Below, in pieces: positions 27,297 through 35,532 of a stretch of DNA of 64,000 nt. This stretch comes from Candidatus Poribacteria bacterium (GTDB lineage Bacteria > Poribacteria > WGA-4E > WGA-3G). The notes under the pieces were generated by a model. The model was given only the letters and a program-made list of their open reading frames with translations, was not told the origin of the DNA and did no database searches. Numbering within the stretch: position 1 is the first letter of the stretch; the number at the start of each line of letters is the position of its first letter. The translations under genes and the position numbers were made by a program. The DNA is taken from contig JAJEDN010000078.1 in the NCBI GenBank assembly GCA_022821495.1, forward strand, positions 30,612 to 94,611, read 5' to 3'.

Positions 27297-28133
27297 ATGA
27301 ACGAAGAACTATTTGTCGCACAAGAATTTACACCTGTCGACGGGTTTACTTCCGGAATTGAGGGACCCGCTTGTGATGCAGATGGCAATCTATATGCTGT
27401 CAATTACGAGCGGCAACACACTATTGGGAAAGTGACACCGGATGGTACTGCGAGCGTTTTCGTTGAACTACCGACAGGAAGCATCGGCAACGGCATCCGT
27501 TTTAATAGCGAAGGCTTCATGTTCATCGCAGACTATACGAATCACAATGTCCTCAAGGTTGACATGGACACACGAGAAATCAGCGTCCATGCACACGAAC
27601 CGACAATGAACCAACCTAATGATATTGCTATCGGTGCGAACGATATCCTCTACGCCAGTGATCCAAATTGGAACGCATCAACCGGGCAAATCTGGCGCGT
27701 GGATACCGATGGCAAGGTGACCCGCCTGGAAGCGGACATGGGGACTACGAACGGTATTGAAGTGAGTCCTGATGAAAAGGTTTTGTATGTCAATGAATCA
27801 GCACAGCGCAACGTCTGGGCTTACGATTTGTCGCCTGACGGAGTGATTAGCAACAAACGGCTGCTCATCCAATTCGCTGATTTCAATATGGACGGGATGC
27901 GGTGCGATGTTGAAGGCAATCTTTACATTACTCGGCACGGCAAAGGTACCGTCGCGAAACTTTCTCCTGCCGGCGAAGTGTTGCTGGAAGTGGCATTAAC
28001 AGGTAAGCTTTGCTCCAATATCGCTTTTGGTGGACCTGATGGATGTACCTGCTACGTTACAATGGCTGACCGTGGAAATGTAGAGGTATTTCGTGTCGAT
28101 ATTCCCGGTAGAAGTTGGCAGCTATTTCAATAG
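27297..28133 (+). CDS. SMP-30 / gluconolactonase / LRE-like (SGL) beta-propeller protein
   Basis: EGPACDADGNLYAV, NDIAIGANDILYASD, GMRCDVEGNLYIT repeat signatures. Confidence 0.7.
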   Translation: MNEELFVAQEFTPVDGFTSGIEGPACDADGNLYAVNYERQHTIGKVTPDGTASVFVELPTGSIGNGIRFNSEGFMFIADYTNHNVLKVDMDTREISVHAHEPTMNQPNDIAIGANDILYASDPNWNASTGQIWRVDTDGKVTRLEADMGTTNGIEVSPDEKVLYVNESAQRNVWAYDLSPDGVISNKRLLIQFADFNMDGMRCDVEGNLYITRHGKGTVAKLSPAGEVLLEVALTGKLCSNIAFGGPDGCTCYVTMADRGNVEVFRVDIPGRSWQLFQ

Positions 28134-28159
28134 GGACGCTTCTACTATAAGTGAACCTC

Positions 28160-28188
28160 TTGACAACTCGCTTGATTTGTGATAATAT
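28160..28188 (+). promoter_or_regulatory. Strong sigma70-like promoter (TTGACA, 17 nt spacer, TAATAT) with downstream GGAGG RBS
   Basis: ttgacaactcgcttgatttgtgataatat. GGAGG at 28215-28219. GTG at 28227. Confidence 0.5.
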
Positions 28189-28226
28189 TGTACATACATT
28201 AATAACTATCTATATGGAGGCAACTT

Positions 28227-28517
28227 GTGAAACAACTGTTTCTTATCTTATTCCTCGTGTCGGTATGTACGACTTTTGCCGCTGCCGATCTGTTAGAGGG
28301 GCTTGTTTTATACATGCCGCTTGACGAAGGTAACGGTAATAAGACCGAGTCGCCTCTCTTTATTCCAAGCCATCAGAATATTGCGCCCTATGGAACAATA
28401 CCAACCCATTTTAAAACGACTCGAAAAAACAGCGAAACACTATACCAATATCGCACCAGAGAACGGGCAGTTTCTCGCTATCCTGATCCGCTCTATTCGA
28501 GCACAAAACGTTCTTGA
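28227..28517 (+). pseudogene. Probable remnant of a secreted LamG/ConA-like protein gene: signal peptide plus GLVLYMPLDEGNGN then unrelated sequence
   Basis: MKQLFLILFLVSVCTTFAAADLLEGLVLYMPLDEGNGNKTE resembles the N-terminus of secreted LamG-jellyroll proteins. The rest of the 96-aa ORF has no features and overlaps the OMT gene in another frame. Confidence 0.35.
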
Positions 28518-28941
28518 AGTCGGAACGAGCAACGGTTATTCCGCAATTTGGATCGCTGCAGCCTTGAAGGAGACAGGCGGTAGACTCATTTCGTTGGAGT
28601 TTGATCCTGCACGCGCCGCTGAAGCACAAACACATCTTCAGGAAGTTGGATTAGACGACATCGTTGAAGTCCGTGTCGGAAATGCTCTCGACGAGATACC
28701 GAAATGTGATGCCACATTTGACCTTGTATTCCTTGACGCACAGAAAGACGAATACCGACGCTATCTGGAGTTGGTATTGCCGAACATCCGTCTGGGAGGT
28801 TTAATCGTTGCTGATGATACTGTAACGATGCGGGACGAAATGCCCGACTATATTGAATTTGTTTTTAACACGCCCATGCTAAACTCTGTTGATATTCCCT
28901 TGGACGATGGTATCATTTTGAGTTATAAAACTGGAGATTAG
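28390..28941 (+). CDS. Class I SAM-dependent O-methyltransferase (family 3, caffeoyl-CoA OMT-like)
   Basis: VLEVGTSNGYSAIWIA SAM motif I, LISLEFDP, FDLVFLDAQKDEY, GGLIVADD. Start placed at the ATG 28390 (ORF open from 28303). No obvious RBS. Confidence 0.7.
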   Translation: MEQYQPILKRLEKTAKHYTNIAPENGQFLAILIRSIRAQNVLEVGTSNGYSAIWIAAALKETGGRLISLEFDPARAAEAQTHLQEVGLDDIVEVRVGNALDEIPKCDATFDLVFLDAQKDEYRRYLELVLPNIRLGGLIVADDTVTMRDEMPDYIEFVFNTPMLNSVDIPLDDGIILSYKTGD

Positions 28942-29042
28942 CGTATTATTTTGACATTGATATAACGAGGATATTCAAAATTTCGCTCCAATCTAAACTC
29001 TCAGAAAAATCCACTCGCTTCAGTGAATCCGTCATTCGTGGC

Positions 29043-30173
29043 ATGACGCAGCTCTGTCTACGCCATAATGCGATTAACCTCTCCCAAGGCACGCCAGCAT
29101 ACCAACCACCCCCTGAAGTCAAAGCTGCTGCAATTGAAGCAATCCAAGAGGGATATAATCAGTATAGCATCACGTGGGGGGCACCGTCGTTTCGCGAAGC
29201 AATCGCCCAGAAAATGACGACATTTAACGACATCCCTACAGACCCCAACAGAAACGTCACTGTAACCTGTGGTTCAACCGAAGGCATGCTCTCCGCACTC
29301 CTCGCGATTATCAACCCGGGCGACGAGATTATCATCTTTGAACCCTTTTATGAAAACTATGGACCCGATACGATCATCTCTGGCGCGAAACCTGTCTATG
29401 TCGCGTTACAAGAGACACCGGGGGCCGATGGCACTATCCACTTTACCTACGATACGACTGAACTCCGAGAGGCTTTCTCTGCCAACACAAAGGCGATTGT
29501 CATAAATACCCCGAACAACCCGCTCGGTAAGGTGTTTACGCACAATGAACTGCAAGAAATTGCCGATCTCTGTTGTGAATACGACTGCCTCGCAATCACG
29601 GATGAAATCTACGAGCACATGATCTACGATGAAAAATCGCATATCAGCATCGGCGCGTTACCGCAGATGCGGGATCGGACGATTACCGTGTCAGGGTTGA
29701 GCAAAGCCTATTCTATGACAGGATGGCGGCTCGGTTATGTTGTCGCACCGGAAACACTCACCAATGCGATCCGAAAAATGCACGACTTTCTCACAGTCGG
29801 CGCACCACATCCCTTGCAACGTGCTGGAGTTGTCGCACTTAATTTGCCATCAAGTTATCATAAGGCGTTGGTCGCGAAGTATGATAAGAATCGCAAGTTT
29901 CTTGTAAATAACCTCACAAAAGCCGGGTTCCATTGCCATGAGCCGGAGGGCGCGTATTACATCATGACAGACATCACCGATTTCGGATTTCCTGATGATA
30001 CCGCTTTTGCGCACTGGTTAGTAAAGGAGATTGGTGTAGGCGGTGTACCGGGATCCAGTTTCTACAGTCGCTCACAGCTCGGTAAGACAAAATTCAGATT
30101 TATGTTCAGCATGGCGGATGACATCCTCGCTGAAGCCAGTGAACGATTAATGCAAATCAAATCCAAGATTTAA
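29043..30173 (+). CDS. Class I/II PLP-dependent aminotransferase (aromatic/aspartate aminotransferase-like)
   Basis: AINLSQGTPAYQPP, PLP-lysine region LSKAYSMTGWRLGY. The conserved N-terminal LSEKSTRFSESVIRGM motif is encoded in-frame upstream of the first ATG (frame open from 28929), so a non-canonical start (e.g. ATT 28980 after gagg) is possible. Confidence 0.8.
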   Translation: MTQLCLRHNAINLSQGTPAYQPPPEVKAAAIEAIQEGYNQYSITWGAPSFREAIAQKMTTFNDIPTDPNRNVTVTCGSTEGMLSALLAIINPGDEIIIFEPFYENYGPDTIISGAKPVYVALQETPGADGTIHFTYDTTELREAFSANTKAIVINTPNNPLGKVFTHNELQEIADLCCEYDCLAITDEIYEHMIYDEKSHISIGALPQMRDRTITVSGLSKAYSMTGWRLGYVVAPETLTNAIRKMHDFLTVGAPHPLQRAGVVALNLPSSYHKALVAKYDKNRKFLVNNLTKAGFHCHEPEGAYYIMTDITDFGFPDDTAFAHWLVKEIGVGGVPGSSFYSRSQLGKTKFRFMFSMADDILAEASERLMQIKSKI

Positions 30174-30184
30174 CTGTAGGAAGG

Positions 30185-30200
30185 GTTTCTAACCCCGATG
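30185..30200. repeat. Degenerate copy of the GGGGTTT[GC]TAACCCC hairpin core, downstream of the aminotransferase gene
   Basis: ggaagggtttctaaccccg. Confidence 0.3.
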
Positions 30201-30210
30201 CTAAATTGGA

Positions 30211-30410
30211 TAGGACTTACGCCCGGTCTCTTAAAGTCCCCCTGATAAGGGGGATTTAGGGGGTTTCTTACATGCGATCTTAGGACTTACGCATGGTCTC
30301 TTAAAGTCCCCCGGATAAGGGGGATTTAGGGGGTTTCTTACATACGACGACTTACGCCCGGTCTCTTAAAGTCCCCCTGATAAGGGGGATTTAGGGGGTT
30401 TCTTACATGC
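30211..30410. repeat. R1 tandem array: 3 units (~66-70 bp) of taggacttacgcccggtctcttaaaGTCCCCCTGATAAGGGGGATTTAGGGGGtttcttacatgc
   Basis: Units at 30211-30280, 30281-30346, 30347-30410. The core is identical to the R1 copies at 10345 etc. Confidence 0.85.
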
Positions 30411-30443
30411 AACATTTTATTCCACAATACTGTCAAACTATTT

Positions 30444-30677
30444 ATGAGACGCGCTATTGGAGACACCAACATGGACATTTCCCTCGAAAACGAAACACTG
30501 AATATCTATAGAAGAGAAATTGAGACACTTATTCAGCGCGATGAGAAGTATAAAGACTTAGGTCCCGCTGAACTTGAGGCAATTGTGCGCGCCTTTGAAT
30601 TTACTTTAACAAACGGTCGTGAGCAAGTCAGAGCGCAAATGCTTTACGACCTCGTTCATGAGAAAAGGGACGGCTAA
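30444..30677 (+). CDS. Small hypothetical protein (77 aa, or 68 aa from the ATG at 30471), translationally coupled to the downstream ATPase
   Basis: The TAA stop overlaps the downstream ATG in TAATATG. No recognisable domain. Confidence 0.45.
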   Translation: MRRAIGDTNMDISLENETLNIYRREIETLIQRDEKYKDLGPAELEAIVRAFEFTLTNGREQVRAQMLYDLVHEKRDG

Positions 30678-30678
30678 T

Positions 30679-32553
30679 ATGCTGCTTGAGCAGATCCGCC
30701 TGAGGGATTTCGGCTGTTTCCAACAGCAAAATTTTGATCTTCATGACGGGATCAACCTCATTTTCGGTCCCAATTTCAGTGGAAAAAGCACGCTTGTCAA
30801 CGCCATCTTCTTTACACTCACTGGGAAACCGATCGTCCCCCGCGTAGATCCTTCTGCCATAAAAAACGCTAAAGCCTATACCGGTACTGCTGGACTCCAA
30901 TTTCTTGTAGATGACGAGCGTTATCAGCTCCACCGAGCCACAGGAAAACGGATCCAACTCCGCACTGAAAAGAACGCTACGTGGCAGGTACTTTTCGATG
31001 AAAAGCGTGTCAAAGTAACAGAGTCGCTGTTGCAAGAACGATTTGGCGTTATGCACGAGCAACTCGCCCTCACGACATTCCTCCGCGAAGGTGAGATTTT
31101 TGAATTTCTCGCGCGTCAATCTGCCACTCGACGTGATATTCTCCATACGCTCCTCGGTATTGATAGATTAATAGAGGTCCGACAACGGTTCATTGAAGCG
31201 CGGCGTATCGCTAAACGTGAACAGGGCAGATTACGCTCTCACCAGAACAGTCTCCGGTTCAATGCACAGAATGTAAACGAAGCCGAGATCTCGCGAATTG
31301 AAGCGAAGTTGAAAGACTTGGAAGCCGCTTACGGTGCCCAAACAGGTGATACAGCACTCATCGCAGAGTGGGTGCAGCACCAGAACCGCTTACAAAAACA
31401 GTTGACTTCCCTCACGCAACAACAAGATGACGCCTTAAGCGGTTTCAACGATATTGCACATCTACGAGAGATGATCGCTACAATCGAAACGGCGATTCAA
31501 GAAGCCGCTGGATTAGAAGGCAAACGCGAGAAACTCATACAACAGATCGGTCGTTTGGAGTCTGAAATCGAAGCATTGACGAAGGTCTGTACCACCCTCC
31601 AAACACTGCTTGAGAGCGGCGAACAGCACTGTCCAACCTGTTCCCAAGAAGTTGAACGAGAGGTGGTGCAAAAGATTGTTGACGAGAAAGCGGAAGAGAA
31701 ATCACAGCGATGCACCGAACTTGATACCCATAAACAGTCGTTAGAGACAGAAACGACTAATTTAAAAAATCGGCAAGCACTTGAACAACGTCTCCAGACG
31801 TTGCAAACACTCTCAACACAGTATCAGCAGCGCGCCCAAGACCTTGACAAAACGCAAACTGAACTCGACGCACTCGCATCTCGGTTAAGTGAGAGAGGCA
31901 TCCAACAGAACGAACAGGTGCCTTCGGATACGCTCGCGACCTTGGACAAACCGAAGTTAAAAGCCCAAATTGATAGCGAGCGTGAGCGACTTGGCAAACT
32001 CAAGCAGGAAGAAGCCGTCCGTCTGGATAGACTCGGCGCGCTCCAACGCGTAAACAGAGACGCAGCGAAAGTTGAAAAGACACTCCTAAGTATAGAACTC
32101 GCCTGTGCTGGGATTGACAGAACCATTGAAGCACTCCAACGGCAAATCCTCAAGCCCGCTGAAGGGGAACTGCATCACTGGCTCGACAAGATGCAACTCT
32201 TTTCTACTTCTCGCGGGAGCGGGGCACAAACGCGCGTTGACTTACAACGCGAACACCTGCTCCCTTCCTTGAACATAGATGGTGCAGATCGGAGCCTGAT
32301 GTTACTCAGCGGTAGTGAAAAAATGTTCTTATATCTCTGCTTCAAAGTTGCCCTCGCCAAAGTTTTAGGCAACCCCGGCTTCTTTGTATTCGATGACCCG
32401 ACGCTCCATTTAGATGGCGAGCGAAAGGCGTTGATGGTAGATTTTATCCGTGAAGTCGCCGAAGAACACCAAGTCATCGTAACAAGTTATGATGAGGATG
32501 TGCGCGCGGGGCTCGAAAGCGCGCATCTCATTGAAATGACCAGAGAAGCATAG
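30679..32553 (+). CDS. Rad50/SbcC-like SMC-family ATPase with central CxxC zinc hook (624 aa)
   Basis: Walker A GPNFSGKSTLVNAIFFTLTG. Long coiled coil with HCPTCSQEV hook near the middle. ABC signature LSGSEKMFLYL and Walker B FFVFDDPTLHLD plus D-loop at the C-terminus. aaaaggga RBS. Confidence 0.8.
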   Translation: MLLEQIRLRDFGCFQQQNFDLHDGINLIFGPNFSGKSTLVNAIFFTLTGKPIVPRVDPSAIKNAKAYTGTAGLQFLVDDERYQLHRATGKRIQLRTEKNATWQVLFDEKRVKVTESLLQERFGVMHEQLALTTFLREGEIFEFLARQSATRRDILHTLLGIDRLIEVRQRFIEARRIAKREQGRLRSHQNSLRFNAQNVNEAEISRIEAKLKDLEAAYGAQTGDTALIAEWVQHQNRLQKQLTSLTQQQDDALSGFNDIAHLREMIATIETAIQEAAGLEGKREKLIQQIGRLESEIEALTKVCTTLQTLLESGEQHCPTCSQEVEREVVQKIVDEKAEEKSQRCTELDTHKQSLETETTNLKNRQALEQRLQTLQTLSTQYQQRAQDLDKTQTELDALASRLSERGIQQNEQVPSDTLATLDKPKLKAQIDSERERLGKLKQEEAVRLDRLGALQRVNRDAAKVEKTLLSIELACAGIDRTIEALQRQILKPAEGELHHWLDKMQLFSTSRGSGAQTRVDLQREHLLPSLNIDGADRSLMLLSGSEKMFLYLCFKVALAKVLGNPGFFVFDDPTLHLDGERKALMVDFIREVAEEHQVIVTSYDEDVRAGLESAHLIEMTREA

Positions 32554-32663
32554 AGAGATGGGAAGTTGACTTTCTGTGTCTTAATAGGACACGTTATTGG
32601 GCGCGGCAGGATGGGTCTGCTTATTCTTCACAACGCCCGTAAGTATGTGGTTGAAACGAAAAT

Positions 32664-32876
32664 TTGGAAGGCGATCTGCTTTACGAAGCCGGTAAAGAGC
32701 AACTCGCGAAGTATCTCAGCATAGAAAATGCGAACGAAGGCTATTACGTAGTCTTCGATCATCACAAAAATCCCGAACCTCAAGTAGAAACACAAACCTT
32801 ACAGGATTTAACGATTCGGAGCTACGTCATCCCCGTCCTACAAGAACGTCCTTCCACTTCTGCTCTTCAAGCTTAA
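32664..32876 (+). CDS. Orphan 70-aa ORF (TTG start), unknown. Possibly a gene fragment
   Basis: Preceded by an in-frame stop. No RBS or domain seen. Reported with low confidence. Confidence 0.2.
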   Translation: MEGDLLYEAGKEQLAKYLSIENANEGYYVVFDHHKNPEPQVETQTLQDLTIRSYVIPVLQERPSTSALQA

Positions 32877-32905
32877 ACACAACCTAAAAATCCAAAAGGA
32901 GAAAA

Positions 32906-35428
32906 ATGAAAACACTATATCTTACGATTACACTATTCATTTTTTTTACACTCGTTTTTTTACCATGCAGTTTCGCACAAGAACCAACATTTCTTGATCA
33001 TGGAGGTGGTGTGCGAGCGGTGGAATTTTCTCCTGTAGATGCATCACTTGTTGTGAGTGCTGGTGAGAGCAGTATTATCAAACTATGGAATCTGCAGACC
33101 AATACCGTGAAAACACTCGTCGGGCATACTGGTAGGGTCAATTCCGTTGCCTTTTCTCCTGATGGAGAGTTGCTTGCAAGTGTGAGCGATGATAAGACAA
33201 TCAAACTGTGGAATGTTCATGATCAACAAAACGTCATAACACTTCAAGATGAAACGAGGTTTCGCTCTGTTGACTTTTCTGCCAATGGACAACTCCTTGC
33301 CACAGGTGGTGGGATGCATGTAAAATTATGGGATGTTCCTAATCGGGTGGAGATTGCGCCACTTCAACACGACAAAGATGTAAGGGCAGTAGTTTTTTCA
33401 CCTGATGGTCAATTCCTTGCCGCTGGAGATGGTTCCGGAGATGGTCCCGGCACTGTGAAAGTCTGGAATGTTCAGGAACGGCAAGTTATCACTACACTAA
33501 GAGGGGATCCGAAAAATATCAAGACTGTCACATTTTCGCAGGATAACCGCTACTTGGCGAGTTCTGGGTGGGATGGACAACTCAAAGTGTGGAATGTCTC
33601 TGATTGGACGCTCTTTCGCACGATTCCGCATACAGGTTACTATGATATTTCATTTGCACCTGATGGGAAAATGCTCGTCAGTACAAATAACGGGTACGTG
33701 AGCCTTTGGTGGGTTGAGGATGGATCCAGGATTGTTCGGTTGAATGGACCTACCAATTGGATTCATCCTGTTGATTTTTCGCATGACGGCACCTCGCTTG
33801 CTGTTGGTGGTGAAGATGGGTTAGTGCGGATATGGCGTATTGATACGGGTAATGGTAATCAAAAGGGCGCTGTCCGTATTTTACATGTCAGCAATTATTT
33901 GGCACAGCTCCCCGATGTGAATACGGAGAACGGCATCCATATTCCTGATCCTGTTTCACCGCCACGTATTGTTAGCGACTATTTTCAACTTGATCCGTTT
34001 TATGAACAGTGGATTGATGTAGAAGGGTTGCCTGTCTTGGCATCGGTGAAGGTTAATCCGTATGCGCTAAAGGAAGCAGCATGGCTTATCAGGAAGATGG
34101 TCGGACATCGACCAGAAATACTGCAAGCAATGGCAGGGAAAAAGGCGAAATTATCTGTAATCGCACATAACGAGATTATAACAGAAATACCTGAGTATCG
34201 CAACGATGCACCTCCTGATTTTCTTATTTCCCGAGAACGTGGATGGGGCGGTAGTCGACAAGCAACAGTCAGTTCTTCTGAAGAAAACATCTTGAGTTAT
34301 GAAGGACCTCATAGCAGAAACTATAATGTGCTGATTCATGAATTTGCACATGGTATACACAGGTTTGGAGCGGATGCTGTCAATCCTTCGTTTGATGACG
34401 ATCTTCGCATTGTATATGAAGATGCAATGAGAAAAGGTTTATGGAAGGGAACTTATGCTTCTTCAGACAGAAAAGAATATTGGGCGGAAGGGACGCAAGC
34501 ATGGTTTAATCCAAAAGGGGATGGCAGCTTCAGGCATTTTGGCGATACGCGAAAAGCATTGAAAAATTATGATCCAGGACTTGCTGCGTTGCTTGCCGAA
34601 ATCTATGGCGATAACGCATGGCGGTATACGTCACCGCTCACACGAACCGATCAACCGCATCTTCAAGGTTATAATCCGCAAGAGTCACCTGTCTTTGAAG
34701 GGTGGAATGAGTTAGAAGCCTTATATCACCAACTCCGTGATCCCAACAGCGATGGGGGCGGTGAGTGGGTTAACTTAAAATCCTTTAATCCGAATCAGCT
34801 TTCAAGGTTGGTTGAGTCAAGTGTCGGTGGCAACAGGACTACAATGATTTTCGTCAATCTCAGTCAAGATGATGTTTTGACATACCGGGTTTCTTCTAAT
34901 GATGCGGAGGCACTTTGGACAAGAATTTATCCAGGACGTGCTCGCTGGACACATACTTCAGCGAATCAAATATGGCTTATTAAGGACACGCGTGGGAAAA
35001 ATATCGCGGTATTCAAAGCGAGTGAAAAAACAGGACGCGCCGTAATTGGCGTTAAAGATGGGCAGGTATTGCCTGTTACCCTGTCCCGTTTCCGTGCCGA
35101 ACTCACCGATGCAGGTGTTATTCTTAGATGGATAACCGAATCAGAATTGAACAACGCGGGCTTCAATATCCTCCGCAGTGAAGCAAAGAATGGTGAGTTC
35201 AAGGTCGTTAATCCCCAACTCATCCAAGGCGCAGGCACAACAAGTGAACGGCACACTTACACATGGAAAGATACCACTGCCAAACCCAATGTCGTCTATT
35301 ACTATCGGATAGAGGACATCTCACATGCCGGTATTTGCAAGCAGTTAGCAACCGTCCGACTGAGAGGATATGTCTCCGCAGCGGGTAAACTTACGACGAA
35401 GTGGGGCGATTTGAAAAGGCAAGAGTAA
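32906..35428 (+). CDS. Secreted WD40 beta-propeller fused to a putative HExxH zinc-metallopeptidase-like domain and a C-terminal beta-rich domain
   Basis: Signal peptide LYLTITLFIFFTLVFLPCSFA. Seven WD40-like blades (VKLWNV, WD motifs). NVLIHEFAHGIH HExxH motif. C-terminal GTTSE...YYYRIEDISHAG domain. Confidence 0.75.
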   Translation: MKTLYLTITLFIFFTLVFLPCSFAQEPTFLDHGGGVRAVEFSPVDASLVVSAGESSIIKLWNLQTNTVKTLVGHTGRVNSVAFSPDGELLASVSDDKTIKLWNVHDQQNVITLQDETRFRSVDFSANGQLLATGGGMHVKLWDVPNRVEIAPLQHDKDVRAVVFSPDGQFLAAGDGSGDGPGTVKVWNVQERQVITTLRGDPKNIKTVTFSQDNRYLASSGWDGQLKVWNVSDWTLFRTIPHTGYYDISFAPDGKMLVSTNNGYVSLWWVEDGSRIVRLNGPTNWIHPVDFSHDGTSLAVGGEDGLVRIWRIDTGNGNQKGAVRILHVSNYLAQLPDVNTENGIHIPDPVSPPRIVSDYFQLDPFYEQWIDVEGLPVLASVKVNPYALKEAAWLIRKMVGHRPEILQAMAGKKAKLSVIAHNEIITEIPEYRNDAPPDFLISRERGWGGSRQATVSSSEENILSYEGPHSRNYNVLIHEFAHGIHRFGADAVNPSFDDDLRIVYEDAMRKGLWKGTYASSDRKEYWAEGTQAWFNPKGDGSFRHFGDTRKALKNYDPGLAALLAEIYGDNAWRYTSPLTRTDQPHLQGYNPQESPVFEGWNELEALYHQLRDPNSDGGGEWVNLKSFNPNQLSRLVESSVGGNRTTMIFVNLSQDDVLTYRVSSNDAEALWTRIYPGRARWTHTSANQIWLIKDTRGKNIAVFKASEKTGRAVIGVKDGQVLPVTLSRFRAELTDAGVILRWITESELNNAGFNILRSEAKNGEFKVVNPQLIQGAGTTSERHTYTWKDTTAKPNVVYYYRIEDISHAGICKQLATVRLRGYVSAAGKLTTKWGDLKRQE
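35363..35428. repeat. Left copy of a ~66-bp direct repeat flanking the Rpn gene (3' end of the WD40 gene)
   Basis: gagaggatatgtctccgcagcgggtaaacttacgacgaagtggggcgatttgaaaaggcaagagtaa vs 36414-36480, ~85% identical. Confidence 0.8.
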
Positions 35429-35532
35429 GTATCGCCAACCAAGCATTTTCTGTGCCTCTCCGTTTTCTTTAAAATTGGGTATAGACTCAAAAAATCTTGA
35501 CTTTTCTCCATAAAGGCAGATATAATACTTAC

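Noticed and set aside
28227-28941. Single secreted O-methyltransferase produced by +1 frameshift joining the signal-peptide ORF to the OMT frame
   Set aside because: No slippery heptamer found at the frame junction. Family-3 OMTs are cytosolic. A remnant-leader interpretation is preferred, but a sequencing error is not excluded.
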